Below, piece after piece: positions 17,663 to 26,392 of a stretch of 64,000 bases of DNA (position 1 is its first letter; the number at the start of each line of letters is the position of its first letter). The stretch is from a virus. Its lineage: Duplodnaviria; Caudoviricetes. The notes below the pieces were generated by a model, which saw only the letters and a list, made by a program, of their open reading frames with translations, made no database searches and had not been told where the DNA came from. A program made the translations under genes and the position numbers. The stretch lies in the IMG/VR virus record IMGVR_UViG_3300025608_000017, positions 1 through 64,000 of that record. One strand, written 5' to 3'.

Positions 17663-18297
17663 TTCTTCTTCCTACCACTCTTCATATTGGCACACCAATG
17701 ATACATTTTAGCCTTTTCACCACTTGCATTCTTAGCACGTTTGCGTAGTGCTGTTACACTACCATTGCAACTTGCACCTGAACGTTTTACACGCCCTGGT
17801 CTGCTTTTGCCTTTTTTCTTACCATCAGCAAAGTTTTCACTATACGCTTTGTCTGTTGCTGCTTTTGCACGATCAGCATCTGGGTGGTTAGGATTAATGC
17901 CAACTACTTCGCCGTTCATTAGATCACTAATGTTAGCACTCTTGCCTACTTTGTCTAATAGTATGTGCAAACTGTCGTTAGGATCGTAGTCTGTTTCATA
18001 ACCCGGCTTACCACGTACCTCAGTACGCTTGCCTGTAGCAGTGTCAGTAATGTTTAACACCAGCATTTCTTTATCACGCTCTAGTTGTAGTTTGTAACCT
18101 TCAGCAAGTCCTAGGTTAAACAACACATTAGTCGATTTACCTTTTACACGTTTGCTTAGTGTAGGCGGACGTCCGTCTCGGTCTACTTTATTGCCAAACT
18201 TAGCAGCTTGTTTCGTAACTTCGTCAGGACCTACGTCAACAGTTTGATTCTGTTTGGTAATGCGTCCAACGCCTTCTGTTATCTCACGTAATCTCAT
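17659..18297 (-). CDS. probable capsid-internal protein
   Basis: Starts MRLREITEG; basic C-terminus with CNGS...HWCANMK. Confidence 0.55.
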   Translation of the reverse strand: MRLREITEGVGRITKQNQTVDVGPDEVTKQAAKFGNKVDRDGRPPTLSKRVKGKSTNVLFNLGLAEGYKLQLERDKEMLVLNITDTATGKRTEVRGKPGYETDYDPNDSLHILLDKVGKSANISDLMNGEVVGINPNHPDADRAKAATDKAYSENFADGKKKGKSRPGRVKRSGASCNGSVTALRKRAKNASGEKAKMYHWCANMKSGRKKK

Positions 18298-18298
18298 A

Positions 18299-18544
18299 TT
18301 ACCAAATCTTTACTATGTGAAAGTCTGCAGGCTTTTGAAGTTTTATTTCATTCTTCTTGCCGTCTAAATCGTAAAAAAGAAAATACTTAGGTGTAGCTTT
18401 AGCTATTTTCTTTGCTTGATAGAATTGTTGCTTTGTTTTTTCAGTACGAGCGCCATCTGCATGTACAGTTGTTTCGCTGGGAACAGTTATGATTAGCTCA
18501 TACTCTTCTCTTGTTACTTTCTTCCACCAAGTTCTTAAACCCAT
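18299..18544 (-). CDS. hypothetical protein
   Basis: 81 aa, coupled to neighbours. Confidence 0.65.
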   Translation of the reverse strand: MGLRTWWKKVTREEYELIITVPSETTVHADGARTEKTKQQFYQAKKIAKATPKYFLFYDLDGKKNEIKLQKPADFHIVKIW

Positions 18545-18753
18545 TACTTGCGTCCTCTAAAAGTATGCCCTGTCATATACGGTTTACTAAACCATAGTTC
18601 AAACCATTCTTTATCACCGGGCTTGATGTTGTTCGCTTTTTCTTTTTTCTTTATAGCGTCAGCAGTCTGACTTATGTTCTCAAGCGTATACTCTGTGTAA
18701 CCTTTGAATTCGTTTACACCAGCTAGTTTCTTTATACGCTCAAGTTCATCCAT
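18544..18753 (-). CDS. hypothetical protein
   Basis: 69 aa MDELERIKKLAGVNE...IKPGDKEWFELWF. Confidence 0.65.
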   Translation of the reverse strand: MDELERIKKLAGVNEFKGYTEYTLENISQTADAIKKKEKANNIKPGDKEWFELWFSKPYMTGHTFRGRK

Positions 18754-18935
18754 TATTCTTCCCAGATCTTTGCAAGTCTGTCACCCATTGCTCTAATTTT
18801 TTCAGCCTCGCTTGCATTACCATTTTGTGATACTGGAGCAACTTTCTCAGTTTCGACAGGAGCTACAGCAGCAGAATCTTTTCGATTGCCGTCTGTTGCA
18901 CTAAATATATCATCTGTGTTTACTGCTTTATACAT
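18753..18935 (-). CDS. hypothetical protein
   Basis: Likely start is MYKAVN at 18935, avoiding overlap with the upstream gene. Confidence 0.55.
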   Translation of the reverse strand: MYKAVNTDDIFSATDGNRKDSAAVAPVETEKVAPVSQNGNASEAEKIRAMGDRLAKIWEE

Positions 18936-18936
18936 A

Positions 18937-20064
18937 TTAGCTTCTCTTTTTCTTGTTGTGCTGTGCCCACGCAATTGCATATGGTGCGCCAGGATCATCA
19001 AACTTTTTCTTTAGTGCTTTGACTTGCTTCTCTCTACCTGGAGGTGCTTTTTCAACAGTCTTTCTATACTTCTTTTTCATCTTCACTTCATCAGGTGAAT
19101 CGCCAAAGTATTTGTGTACTAAATCGTCAAGTTCGTTGTGGAATTTTTTTTCATCTTCTGGCGATACATCTTCGTCTACATTATCAGCTTGTAAAATTCT
19201 CTTGACATCATACTGGTCTATATCAAAATCATAGGCTATTATATCTATTGCTGTTTCTGTATCTTTGTTTTGGTCTTTTAGTTCTTTATAATACTCAACT
19301 ATTTCTGGAGCAAGTCTTATCATATCTTGTGCCATTTTTTGATTTCGTTCTTTATTCCAAGTATCAAGAGCATCTTTGTCTAAATCTGGATTAGCAGGAT
19401 TTGATTTTTTAAAAGGTATTACATCACCTTCGTCTACAGATCCGCCGAGTGCTTTGTCAAGTAGTTGTACTGCTGCTTCTGCACCATTGCCGTACATGAG
19501 TTTGGCAGCTTTTAGTTTATCTTCGTCACTCATTTCCGGCCAACTGGCTCTTAGTTCACTTGCACTTTTGATCTGCATACCACCAAAGTCAAAGTTGATA
19601 GTAGGACCGTATGCCATATAGCCCATTTCGTCGTGTGTGTTTACATTTTTACCTGTGTAGCTTCTTAGATATCTTGGCTCGTTTGTAGGCTTTTTAGTTT
19701 TCCTATCAATCTTCATTCTATCAGGTAACGGTTCTTCGTTTTTGTCTTTTTCACTGCGAACAAATACCAATGCAGTATCATCGTCTAACAAATGCGAGTA
19801 TTCTCTATTGTTAAAAGGTGATCGAACTTGCATAAAGTTACTTTCAGGAACGCCCGCCATTGCAGCAAGTTTCTTTTTAACTTCAAAAGGAAAGGGTCGT
19901 GTTTCTTGGTCATTAGTTGCAGCAACATAAACGTTTGCTTTTCCGAATGTTTTTACTGCCCAGTCGTATAAACTTTTATGACCAGGGTGAAAAGGATGAA
20001 ATCCTCCTGGCATTACAGCTACTATTTTACGGGCCTGTGCTTCAAATAATTCTCTTAATAACAT
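18937..20064 (-). CDS. HxGH nucleotidyltransferase-domain protein with putative capsid-targeting leader
   Basis: MLLRELFE leader, then VMPGGFHPFHPGH and IKSASELR. Confidence 0.7.
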   Translation of the reverse strand: MLLRELFEAQARKIVAVMPGGFHPFHPGHKSLYDWAVKTFGKANVYVAATNDQETRPFPFEVKKKLAAMAGVPESNFMQVRSPFNNREYSHLLDDDTALVFVRSEKDKNEEPLPDRMKIDRKTKKPTNEPRYLRSYTGKNVNTHDEMGYMAYGPTINFDFGGMQIKSASELRASWPEMSDEDKLKAAKLMYGNGAEAAVQLLDKALGGSVDEGDVIPFKKSNPANPDLDKDALDTWNKERNQKMAQDMIRLAPEIVEYYKELKDQNKDTETAIDIIAYDFDIDQYDVKRILQADNVDEDVSPEDEKKFHNELDDLVHKYFGDSPDEVKMKKKYRKTVEKAPPGREKQVKALKKKFDDPGAPYAIAWAQHNKKKRS

Positions 20065-20393
20065 CAGTACGCTCCATTACGTATCTGTGTCATTTCTTCT
20101 CCAAAGACTTTGTTAATTAGTAGACCTTTGTCTTCGTCTTTGAATACATTTTTCATACTGCCAAGATCAAACTTTTTGCAATATGATTCCATTGCACGAC
20201 TGCATACTTCGCCTAAACATTCTTCTGCAACACACTTTTTACCTGTGTCAACACGATCTTTCATACGCATAATAGCAGGAAACAATTGCTTGCGATAGAA
20301 CATAGGATCATTACGCATAAAGATAGCAATATCGTCTACTACATCAAATGGTAAACGATCATCAGTTGGTTGTGCAAATTCATCTATTCTCAT
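20064..20393 (-). CDS. hypothetical protein
   Basis: Likely start is MRIDEF at 20393; the longer track ORF overlaps the upstream gene. Confidence 0.6.
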   Translation of the reverse strand: MRIDEFAQPTDDRLPFDVVDDIAIFMRNDPMFYRKQLFPAIMRMKDRVDTGKKCVAEECLGEVCSRAMESYCKKFDLGSMKNVFKDEDKGLLINKVFGEEMTQIRNGAY

Positions 20394-20394
20394 A

Positions 20395-20958
20395 TTACCA
20401 CTTCCTACATGACCAATAACGGGCCTTTGTTCTCGGTCCTGGATTGTCACAGTTGTGTCTTGCTCTAAAAGAACGTCTACGTGCCGGATTAGACTTTTTA
20501 ATTTTACTGTCTGGATCGCCAAAGTTAACTTTCTTAACGTTTTTGGTCTTAGGATCCTTTACATATACTTTGAACTTTTTAACATCGCCGCGCATTGGTT
20601 TGCCAAGTTTGACTTTACGACCTTGGTACTCTGCTTCATCCATTTCGTCATCTTCGTTGAACCACATAACACCATAGTTTTCAAAGAACTCATCACCTTC
20701 GTATGTTTCTTCTTCTACTTCTGCATCGCCGGCACTAATTTCAATATCAAAATCTTCGTAGCCTTGCTCAAACATATAGTCTGCTAATTTCTCAGCATAC
20801 TCGTTTGCTTCGTCTTCTGACAATTCTCTTTGTAGAGGAATTTGAAACACTGTGCCGCCTTGTGCAGTTTCAAAAATTTCTTGTTCTGCGAAAACACTCT
20901 CGTCTAACAACTGAGCGCCTTCTTGTTTTTCCATTACTATTCTTACAAAGTGTTCCAT
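20395..20958 (-). CDS. probable head-associated protein (DUF6321-like C-terminal domain)
   Basis: Acidic N-terminal half; basic C-terminus EAEYQGRKVKLGKP...RARHNC...ARYWSC; late promoter at 20988-20994. Confidence 0.6.
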   Translation of the reverse strand: MEHFVRIVMEKQEGAQLLDESVFAEQEIFETAQGGTVFQIPLQRELSEDEANEYAEKLADYMFEQGYEDFDIEISAGDAEVEEETYEGDEFFENYGVMWFNEDDEMDEAEYQGRKVKLGKPMRGDVKKFKVYVKDPKTKNVKKVNFGDPDSKIKKSNPARRRSFRARHNCDNPGPRTKARYWSCRKW

Positions 20959-20983
20959 TGTGCTTACCTTATTCGCTGCCGTA

Positions 20984-21697
20984 CTAATATTTATCAATAT
21001 CGCCACAGTATACTAATTTCTCTACACTACGGATACTTGCGCCTGCAAGTAATGTTACAAGATTTAAAATCTTTTCATCTCTCAAATAGATATAAAGACC
21101 ATTTAAATAGCCGTATTTTTCCAAACTTTCTAATGCAATTGTACCTATTTTACACTTATCTTTGTTTGCTCGTAACCAATTTGCAAAATCAGTATTAATA
21201 CGAGTGCTATTAAACCAAACTTTTATTGGTAAATCTGTTGGCTGATCAACAATTTGTATTTTAGTTTTAGATTTTAAAATATCTATGTGCTTGGGATTAG
21301 GTTCCCAGAACTCAGTAGTTGAGGTACGTAGCTTATGTGCAATATCTAATAAAAATTTCTTATTATTACTAAACACTGCAATTGAACAATACGGATCTAT
21401 TCTTAATTTATATTCGTCAAATTTTCTAAGACTAGAATAAACAGTCATAGCATCAAGATATTCATTAACATCAATTACAACATCTGATCGAAATTGCCGT
21501 TTTAGTAATGGCTGATTTTGTCTGTATTGTTCAGTTAATCTGTCGAGATGTTGTCTTGCATAACTTAATTTTTCTTTCTTTTGGAGTTCTGAACGAAAGA
21601 TGCCGTTAAGTTCATTTCGGAATACCAATTTATAAAGGTATTCCGAATAGAACAACTTACTTGATTCAGAGTGTTTCAACTGTTTTCTCGTTAACAC
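20984..21697 (-). CDS. hypothetical protein
   Basis: 237 aa ORF directly downstream of clpA. Confidence 0.65.
   Translation of the reverse strand: MLTRKQLKHSESSKLFYSEYLYKLVFRNELNGIFRSELQKKEKLSYARQHLDRLTEQYRQNQPLLKRQFRSDVVIDVNEYLDAMTVYSSLRKFDEYKLRIDPYCSIAVFSNNKKFLLDIAHKLRTSTTEFWEPNPKHIDILKSKTKIQIVDQPTDLPIKVWFNSTRINTDFANWLRANKDKCKIGTIALESLEKYGYLNGLYIYLRDEKILNLVTLLAGASIRSVEKLVYCGDIDKY
20988..20994 (-). promoter_or_regulatory. T4-type late promoter ATAAATA
   Basis: 30 nt upstream of start 20958. Confidence 0.6.
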
Positions 21698-23915
21698 AAG
21701 TTAATACCAAACTGTTACTTTTAAAATCAACAGTTACTTTACCACCAGTTTTTAACTCACCAAACAAGATTTGTTTTGATAGCGGGCGTTTAATATCTTG
21801 ATCAATTACACGCTGCAATGGACGAGCACCCATTTTAGGATCAAACCCTTTGTCTACAAGATAATCAAGTGCTTCGTCTGTAACAACAATGTCAATGCCT
21901 TTGTCTTTGACCATGTTTTTAAGTTCAACAAGGAACTTTCCAACAATCTTCATCATCACAGGCTTGCCAAGACTTGCAAATGTAATCACACCATCAAGTC
22001 TGTTGCGGAACTCTGGACTAAAGAATTTCTTAAGAGCTTTGTCTTCGTAGACATGTTCGTTATCATCTCCACCAAAGCCAATTGTATTTTTCTCAGCATC
22101 CTTTGCACCTAAGTTAGTAGTAAGAATCAATGTACAGTTACGTGCATCTGCTTCTTTACCGTTTGAACCCGTGATCTTACCATTGTCCATTACTTGCAAC
22201 AAGATTTGTGAAACATCTGGGTGCGCTTTTTCAATCTCGTCAAGTAGCAATACACAGTTAGGCGACTCTTGTAGCTTGGTAATCAAGATACCTGCGTTTT
22301 CTTCGTGACCTACGTAGCCTGGAGGTGAGCCAATTAGCTTGCTTACACTGTGTTTCTCCATATATTCACTCATATCAATACGTACAAGTTTTACACCCAG
22401 TTGTTCGGCAAGTGCTTTGGCTGTTTCTGTTTTACCAGTACCAGTTGGACCCATGAACACAAACGCACCTACTGGCTTATCATCTGGCTTGAGACCTGCT
22501 TGACTCACAAGAATCTTGTCTACAACGCTTTCAATAGCATCGTCTTGACCGTAAACAACTTTCTTAATATTATCTTCAAGATTAGCAAGATTACTTGTTT
22601 CACGTTCTGCTACTTGCTCTGTAGGCAAGTCTAACATTTTTGCAATTTCAAACTGGATTTCTTCTTCGCCGACAACTTTTTCGCCATCGACAACATTATT
22701 AACTTTAAATCGACTACATGCTACGTCAATCAAGTCAATAGCTTTATCAGGCAGTTTTTTATCGCTTTGATATTTAACACTTAGTTTTACAGCAGCATTA
22801 ATAGCTTCTTGTGTAATAGTAGTTGCGTGATAGTCTTCGTAGTATTTCTTAATACCCTGTAAGATTTCTACAGTGGTTTCTTTACTAGGCTCGCCGATTG
22901 TTACACGCTGGAATCGACGCATAAGAGCACGATCCTTTTCAAAGTACTTGCGATATTCCTCCCAAGTAGTTGATGCAACAACTTTCAAATCACCTTTAGT
23001 AAGTGCAGGCTTTAGCATGTTAGCAAGATCATTTGATCCGCCACTGCCACTTGCTCCAGCGCCACTCATCATGTGCGCTTCATCGACAAACATAATGGTT
23101 TTGCCTTGCTTTGTAAGTCCTTGCAGTACTAGTTTAAAGCGTTCTTCAAAGTCTCCTCGATACTTAGATCCAGCAAGCATAGCACCAATATCTAGATTGT
23201 ATACTTTATACTCTTTTAAGAATTCAGGAACAGTTCCTTGTTCGATGTTATAAGCAAGACCTTCTGCAATAGCAGTTTTACCTACGCCTGGATCACCTAC
23301 CATTAGTACGTTGTTTTTAGCACGACGACCTAGTGCAAGTGCCAAGCGTTCGAGTTCTTCGCCGCGACCAATAATAGGATCTACTTTGCCGCGCTTAACT
23401 TGATCGTTTAAGTTAGTTGTAAATGCACGGAGTGCTTTACGAGCTTCGCCACTCATTTCTTCTTCGGTATCAAACTCTTCTTGGAGTTCGTTATTGATGA
23501 AATCTGCAAACTTTTGCTTATCTACTTTTCCTTTTTCTAAATAGTAAGCTGAAATACTTTTTCTTTCAGAAAGAATAGAAAGTAGAACATCTGTTAGTTC
23601 AATGTGTGTCCGTCCGGCAAATAGTGTTTGTGTAAATGCACGATTGAGTACACGTTCTACAGTTGCAGTTTTTTTAGGTTTAAATTTAGTTTCATCTATT
23701 TTAATATCATCACATTGCGTTTTAAGATGATGTTCAAGATTAGCTTTGATATAATCAACATCAGCACCAAACATTGTAATAACATTTACAAAATTTTCTT
23801 CACAGAACATTCCGTACAGCAAATGTTCTATTGTTACATACTCATGCTGTAGCTTTTGTGCATCCTTGATGCTTTTATCAAATACTAATTGCAGCTCTTT
23901 GCTTGGTTCTACCAT
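21666..23915 (-). CDS. clpA: ATP-dependent Clp protease ATP-binding subunit ClpA
   Basis: Clp N-domain (HEYVTIEHLL); two AAA+ modules (GDPGVGKT/FVDEAH and GPTGTGKT/LLDEIEKAH); no ClpB M-domain. Confidence 0.92.
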   Translation of the reverse strand: MVEPSKELQLVFDKSIKDAQKLQHEYVTIEHLLYGMFCEENFVNVITMFGADVDYIKANLEHHLKTQCDDIKIDETKFKPKKTATVERVLNRAFTQTLFAGRTHIELTDVLLSILSERKSISAYYLEKGKVDKQKFADFINNELQEEFDTEEEMSGEARKALRAFTTNLNDQVKRGKVDPIIGRGEELERLALALGRRAKNNVLMVGDPGVGKTAIAEGLAYNIEQGTVPEFLKEYKVYNLDIGAMLAGSKYRGDFEERFKLVLQGLTKQGKTIMFVDEAHMMSGAGASGSGGSNDLANMLKPALTKGDLKVVASTTWEEYRKYFEKDRALMRRFQRVTIGEPSKETTVEILQGIKKYYEDYHATTITQEAINAAVKLSVKYQSDKKLPDKAIDLIDVACSRFKVNNVVDGEKVVGEEEIQFEIAKMLDLPTEQVAERETSNLANLEDNIKKVVYGQDDAIESVVDKILVSQAGLKPDDKPVGAFVFMGPTGTGKTETAKALAEQLGVKLVRIDMSEYMEKHSVSKLIGSPPGYVGHEENAGILITKLQESPNCVLLLDEIEKAHPDVSQILLQVMDNGKITGSNGKEADARNCTLILTTNLGAKDAEKNTIGFGGDDNEHVYEDKALKKFFSPEFRNRLDGVITFASLGKPVMMKIVGKFLVELKNMVKDKGIDIVVTDEALDYLVDKGFDPKMGARPLQRVIDQDIKRPLSKQILFGELKTGGKVTVDFKSNSLVLTCVNEKTVETL

Positions 23916-23919
23916 AATA

Positions 23920-24723
23920 TTATAGTTCCTTTTTGATATCTTGTATTTTGTTTAGTACTGAATTATCAGTTATTTTTGGTATCTTTGCATCAATTGTGAC
24001 ATATAAATTGCCACGTTTCCCGCTTCTCATATTAGGCACACCGTATCCGGGTATACTAAATGTAGTACCGATCTGTGTTCCTTGCGGGATCTTAAGTTCT
24101 AGTTTTTTATTCTCTAACGTTGTAATTATTATAACACAACCCAACAATAAGTCAAATACATTTACGTCTTTTTTAACAATTAAGTTATCGTTGTCTCTGT
24201 CCCAATTTTTTTGTTTAGTAACAAAAATTCTGACTTGTAAATTTCCTCTAGGATATCTAGGATGTCCTTCGTCGCCTAGACCTTCGTATTGTACAGTGTC
24301 ACCGTGCTTTGCGCCAGCTGGCACTTCAACTGTAACTGTCTCTAATCTGCCTGTGCTTAGTTGATACTGAATAATGAGACTTTTTCCTGTTAAAACATCC
24401 TTTAAATCTATTTTTGCTTGTACAGTAATATCTCTGTTACGAGGAGTTTGTCTCTGTTGACCAAATCCTTGACTGAACATATGTTCAAACGGTGACCCTC
24501 TAAATGGATTTTGCTGTTGATTTTGAAATGGATTATGTGGATGATCGTATGCATCACGTTTGTCACTGTTACTCAGTACTTCGTATGCACTTTGTACTTT
24601 AATAAACTCATCTTGATTCCCACCACGATCAGGGTGATGTTGCATACTTTTTTTCTTGTATGCTTTTTTTATTTCTTCTGGTGTGGCGTTTCTATTAACG
24701 CCCAAGATAGAGTAATAGTCCAT
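23920..24723 (-). CDS. dnaJ: DnaJ-family co-chaperone (J domain + DnaJ_C, no Zn finger)
   Basis: DYYSILGV...HHPDRGG; VPAGAKHG...GEG...GNL; C-terminal substrate domain. Confidence 0.92.
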   Translation of the reverse strand: MDYYSILGVNRNATPEEIKKAYKKKSMQHHPDRGGNQDEFIKVQSAYEVLSNSDKRDAYDHPHNPFQNQQQNPFRGSPFEHMFSQGFGQQRQTPRNRDITVQAKIDLKDVLTGKSLIIQYQLSTGRLETVTVEVPAGAKHGDTVQYEGLGDEGHPRYPRGNLQVRIFVTKQKNWDRDNDNLIVKKDVNVFDLLLGCVIIITTLENKKLELKIPQGTQIGTTFSIPGYGVPNMRSGKRGNLYVTIDAKIPKITDNSVLNKIQDIKKEL

Positions 24724-24770
24724 ACATTTACTTATCGTATGGACTATTATAGTTTATTAGTAGTGATTAG

Positions 24771-25226
24771 TTACTTGCCTTTGCCTTTGTATGCTTGTGC
24801 ACCAAAGAACGCTGCAACAATACCAGCAACAGCAACAAAATATGTTGGTGCCATGCTGCCTAATACCTTTGCTGCTTCTCCAAGTCCTGCAAAGCTTGCG
24901 CCTACAACTGCAAATGGATACAATAGTAGTCCAAATAGTGCAAACCATGTCATACTACGCTGTGCATCACGCATAGCATCTGCATCTTCAAGTTCTTTAC
25001 GTTTAAACTCTAAGTGCATTTCCATTTCTTCTTTTGAAATGTGTCCATCACCGTTCATATCAGCACCGCCAATAGCACCACTATCAATAGTCATTGTGCC
25101 TGCAGGTCTTTCGTATGAAATTTCTGGTGCTGCTGCTGGAGCAGGTGCCGCTGTTGGAGCTGCTGCTGGAGCTGCTGCTGGAGCTGCTGCTTTGCTTTTT
25201 AATTCGTCTGGCTTTTTACGTGGCAT
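24771..25226 (-). CDS. holin-like membrane protein with EF-hand loop
   Basis: Ala/Pro linker, DMNGDGHISKEE, then two TM helices; last gene of the lysis cassette. Confidence 0.5.
   Translation of the reverse strand: MPRKKPDELKSKAAAPAAAPAAAPTAAPAPAAAPEISYERPAGTMTIDSGAIGGADMNGDGHISKEEMEMHLEFKRKELEDADAMRDAQRSMTWFALFGLLLYPFAVVGASFAGLGEAAKVLGSMAPTYFVAVAGIVAAFFGAQAYKGKGK
25129..25191. repeat. 12-nt coding tandem repeat (gctgctggagct)n encoding PAAA
   Basis: Directly visible. Confidence 0.85.
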
Positions 25227-25227
25227 A

Positions 25228-25503
25228 TTATTTTCCCTCTAGTTTTTTAATACGAGCTTCTAACTCGTCTACTTTTTTAGTTACTTTAGGATATCTTTTA
25301 CGCCATGCTTCCGGATCGTCTTGTAGGAAATCCCAACCAAAACGATCTACTAAACTATCTAGTAGTGCATCAAATTTTGACATTAAATAAAGTGCTGCGT
25401 GTGTATTTCTAAACCACGCTAAAAATGCTGCCCCAAGCACTGATCCAGCAATAGCTGTGTAGATCCACAGCGTATCGCCAAACATGCGATAAATCATATC
25501 CAT
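25228..25503 (-). CDS. small membrane protein (holin/antiholin candidate)
   Basis: N-terminal TM helix and coiled C-terminus; late promoter at 25528-25534. Confidence 0.55.
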   Translation of the reverse strand: MDMIYRMFGDTLWIYTAIAGSVLGAAFLAWFRNTHAALYLMSKFDALLDSLVDRFGWDFLQDDPEAWRKRYPKVTKKVDELEARIKKLEGK

Positions 25504-25527
25504 AGTAAACCCTCTCGTTACTATGAA

Positions 25528-25534
25528 TATTTAT
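25528..25534 (-). promoter_or_regulatory. T4-type late promoter ATAAATA
   Basis: 25 nt upstream of start 25503. Confidence 0.6.
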
Positions 25535-25536
25535 CT

Positions 25537-26001
25537 TTAGTTAAATGGATTTAGGTCTATGCCGCTCTTAGCAGCTTCTACAGCAGCCGCTTCTTCTTGG
25601 GCTTTGCGTTGTAGCTCTGCATCTTCTAGAGCTTTTGTAGACGCTTTGTAGTAGTTGTCGTAAGCCAGTATAATTTGTTGTTGCTGTTGTACCAGCGCAC
25701 GAATGTCTGAGAAGTTTAAGCCAAGATTTTCATAACCTTGTGCTGTTAATACAAATATAGCCAGAGGAGCGCCGCCTGCTGTTAGTTGAGCAAGTTTTTC
25801 ATCCATATTTTCTTCGTTAATAACAATCCACTCGATACGGCGCATGTTGACTTGATCAACATCTGGCAGTACTAGTTCAGGTTTATCAATTGGCTTCGAC
25901 GTTACTTGTATTGTTTGCGGGGTCGTTGAGCAAGCCGCGAGCCCTAAAACTATCATAAAGCCAAGGACACTCTTTGTTAAAAGATTCGCCGTTAGTTGCA
26001 T
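25537..26001 (-). CDS. outer-membrane lipoprotein, o-spanin (Rz1-like)
   Basis: Lipobox LAAC followed by a Pro-rich segment; overlaps the i-spanin. True start may be MIVLG. Confidence 0.7.
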   Translation of the reverse strand: MQLTANLLTKSVLGFMIVLGLAACSTTPQTIQVTSKPIDKPELVLPDVDQVNMRRIEWIVINEENMDEKLAQLTAGGAPLAIFVLTAQGYENLGLNFSDIRALVQQQQQIILAYDNYYKASTKALEDAELQRKAQEEAAAVEAAKSGIDLNPFN

Positions 26002-26389
26002 TTTTCTCTTCCTCTGTTAGTGCAGCATTTGATAATAACTCGAAACATCTACTTGCATTTGCTGTACCTCTATTAACAGCACGTTCAATTGACTCTGGCT
26101 TATTTGCTGCTAATAGCCCCAAGTCAAAATCTGCAAGTTTACTTGCTAATCTATTGTTCTGTTGACGAATGGCAGCAAACTCACTATTAACTCTTTTGAG
26201 TTCTTCGTTAGCTGCTGCAAAATCTGCTGCCATTGTCTTGATAGTTTCTTCGTTTGTAGCTACTGCCATTTCTAATTTAGCATTGTTTTCTGTAAGTACA
26301 GCAATAGTCTTCTGTGTATCTGTGTAATACCAGTATCCTATACCACCCATAGTCATAATAACAATTAAAAGTATTCCTGACAGTTTCAT
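25886..26389 (-). CDS. inner-membrane spanin (Rz-like)
   Basis: N-terminal TM helix plus long coiled coil, directly after the endolysin. Confidence 0.7.
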   Translation of the reverse strand: MKLSGILLIVIMTMGGIGYWYYTDTQKTIAVLTENNAKLEMAVATNEETIKTMAADFAAANEELKRVNSEFAAIRQQNNRLASKLADFDLGLLAANKPESIERAVNRGTANASRCFELLSNAALTEEEKNATNGESFNKECPWLYDSFRARGLLNDPANNTSNVEAN

Positions 26390-26392
26390 AAT

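Noticed and set aside
24511-25242. 243-aa plus-strand ORF opposite the holin-like gene
   Set aside because: Antisense to two well-supported genes; its Ala-rich content comes from the repeat.
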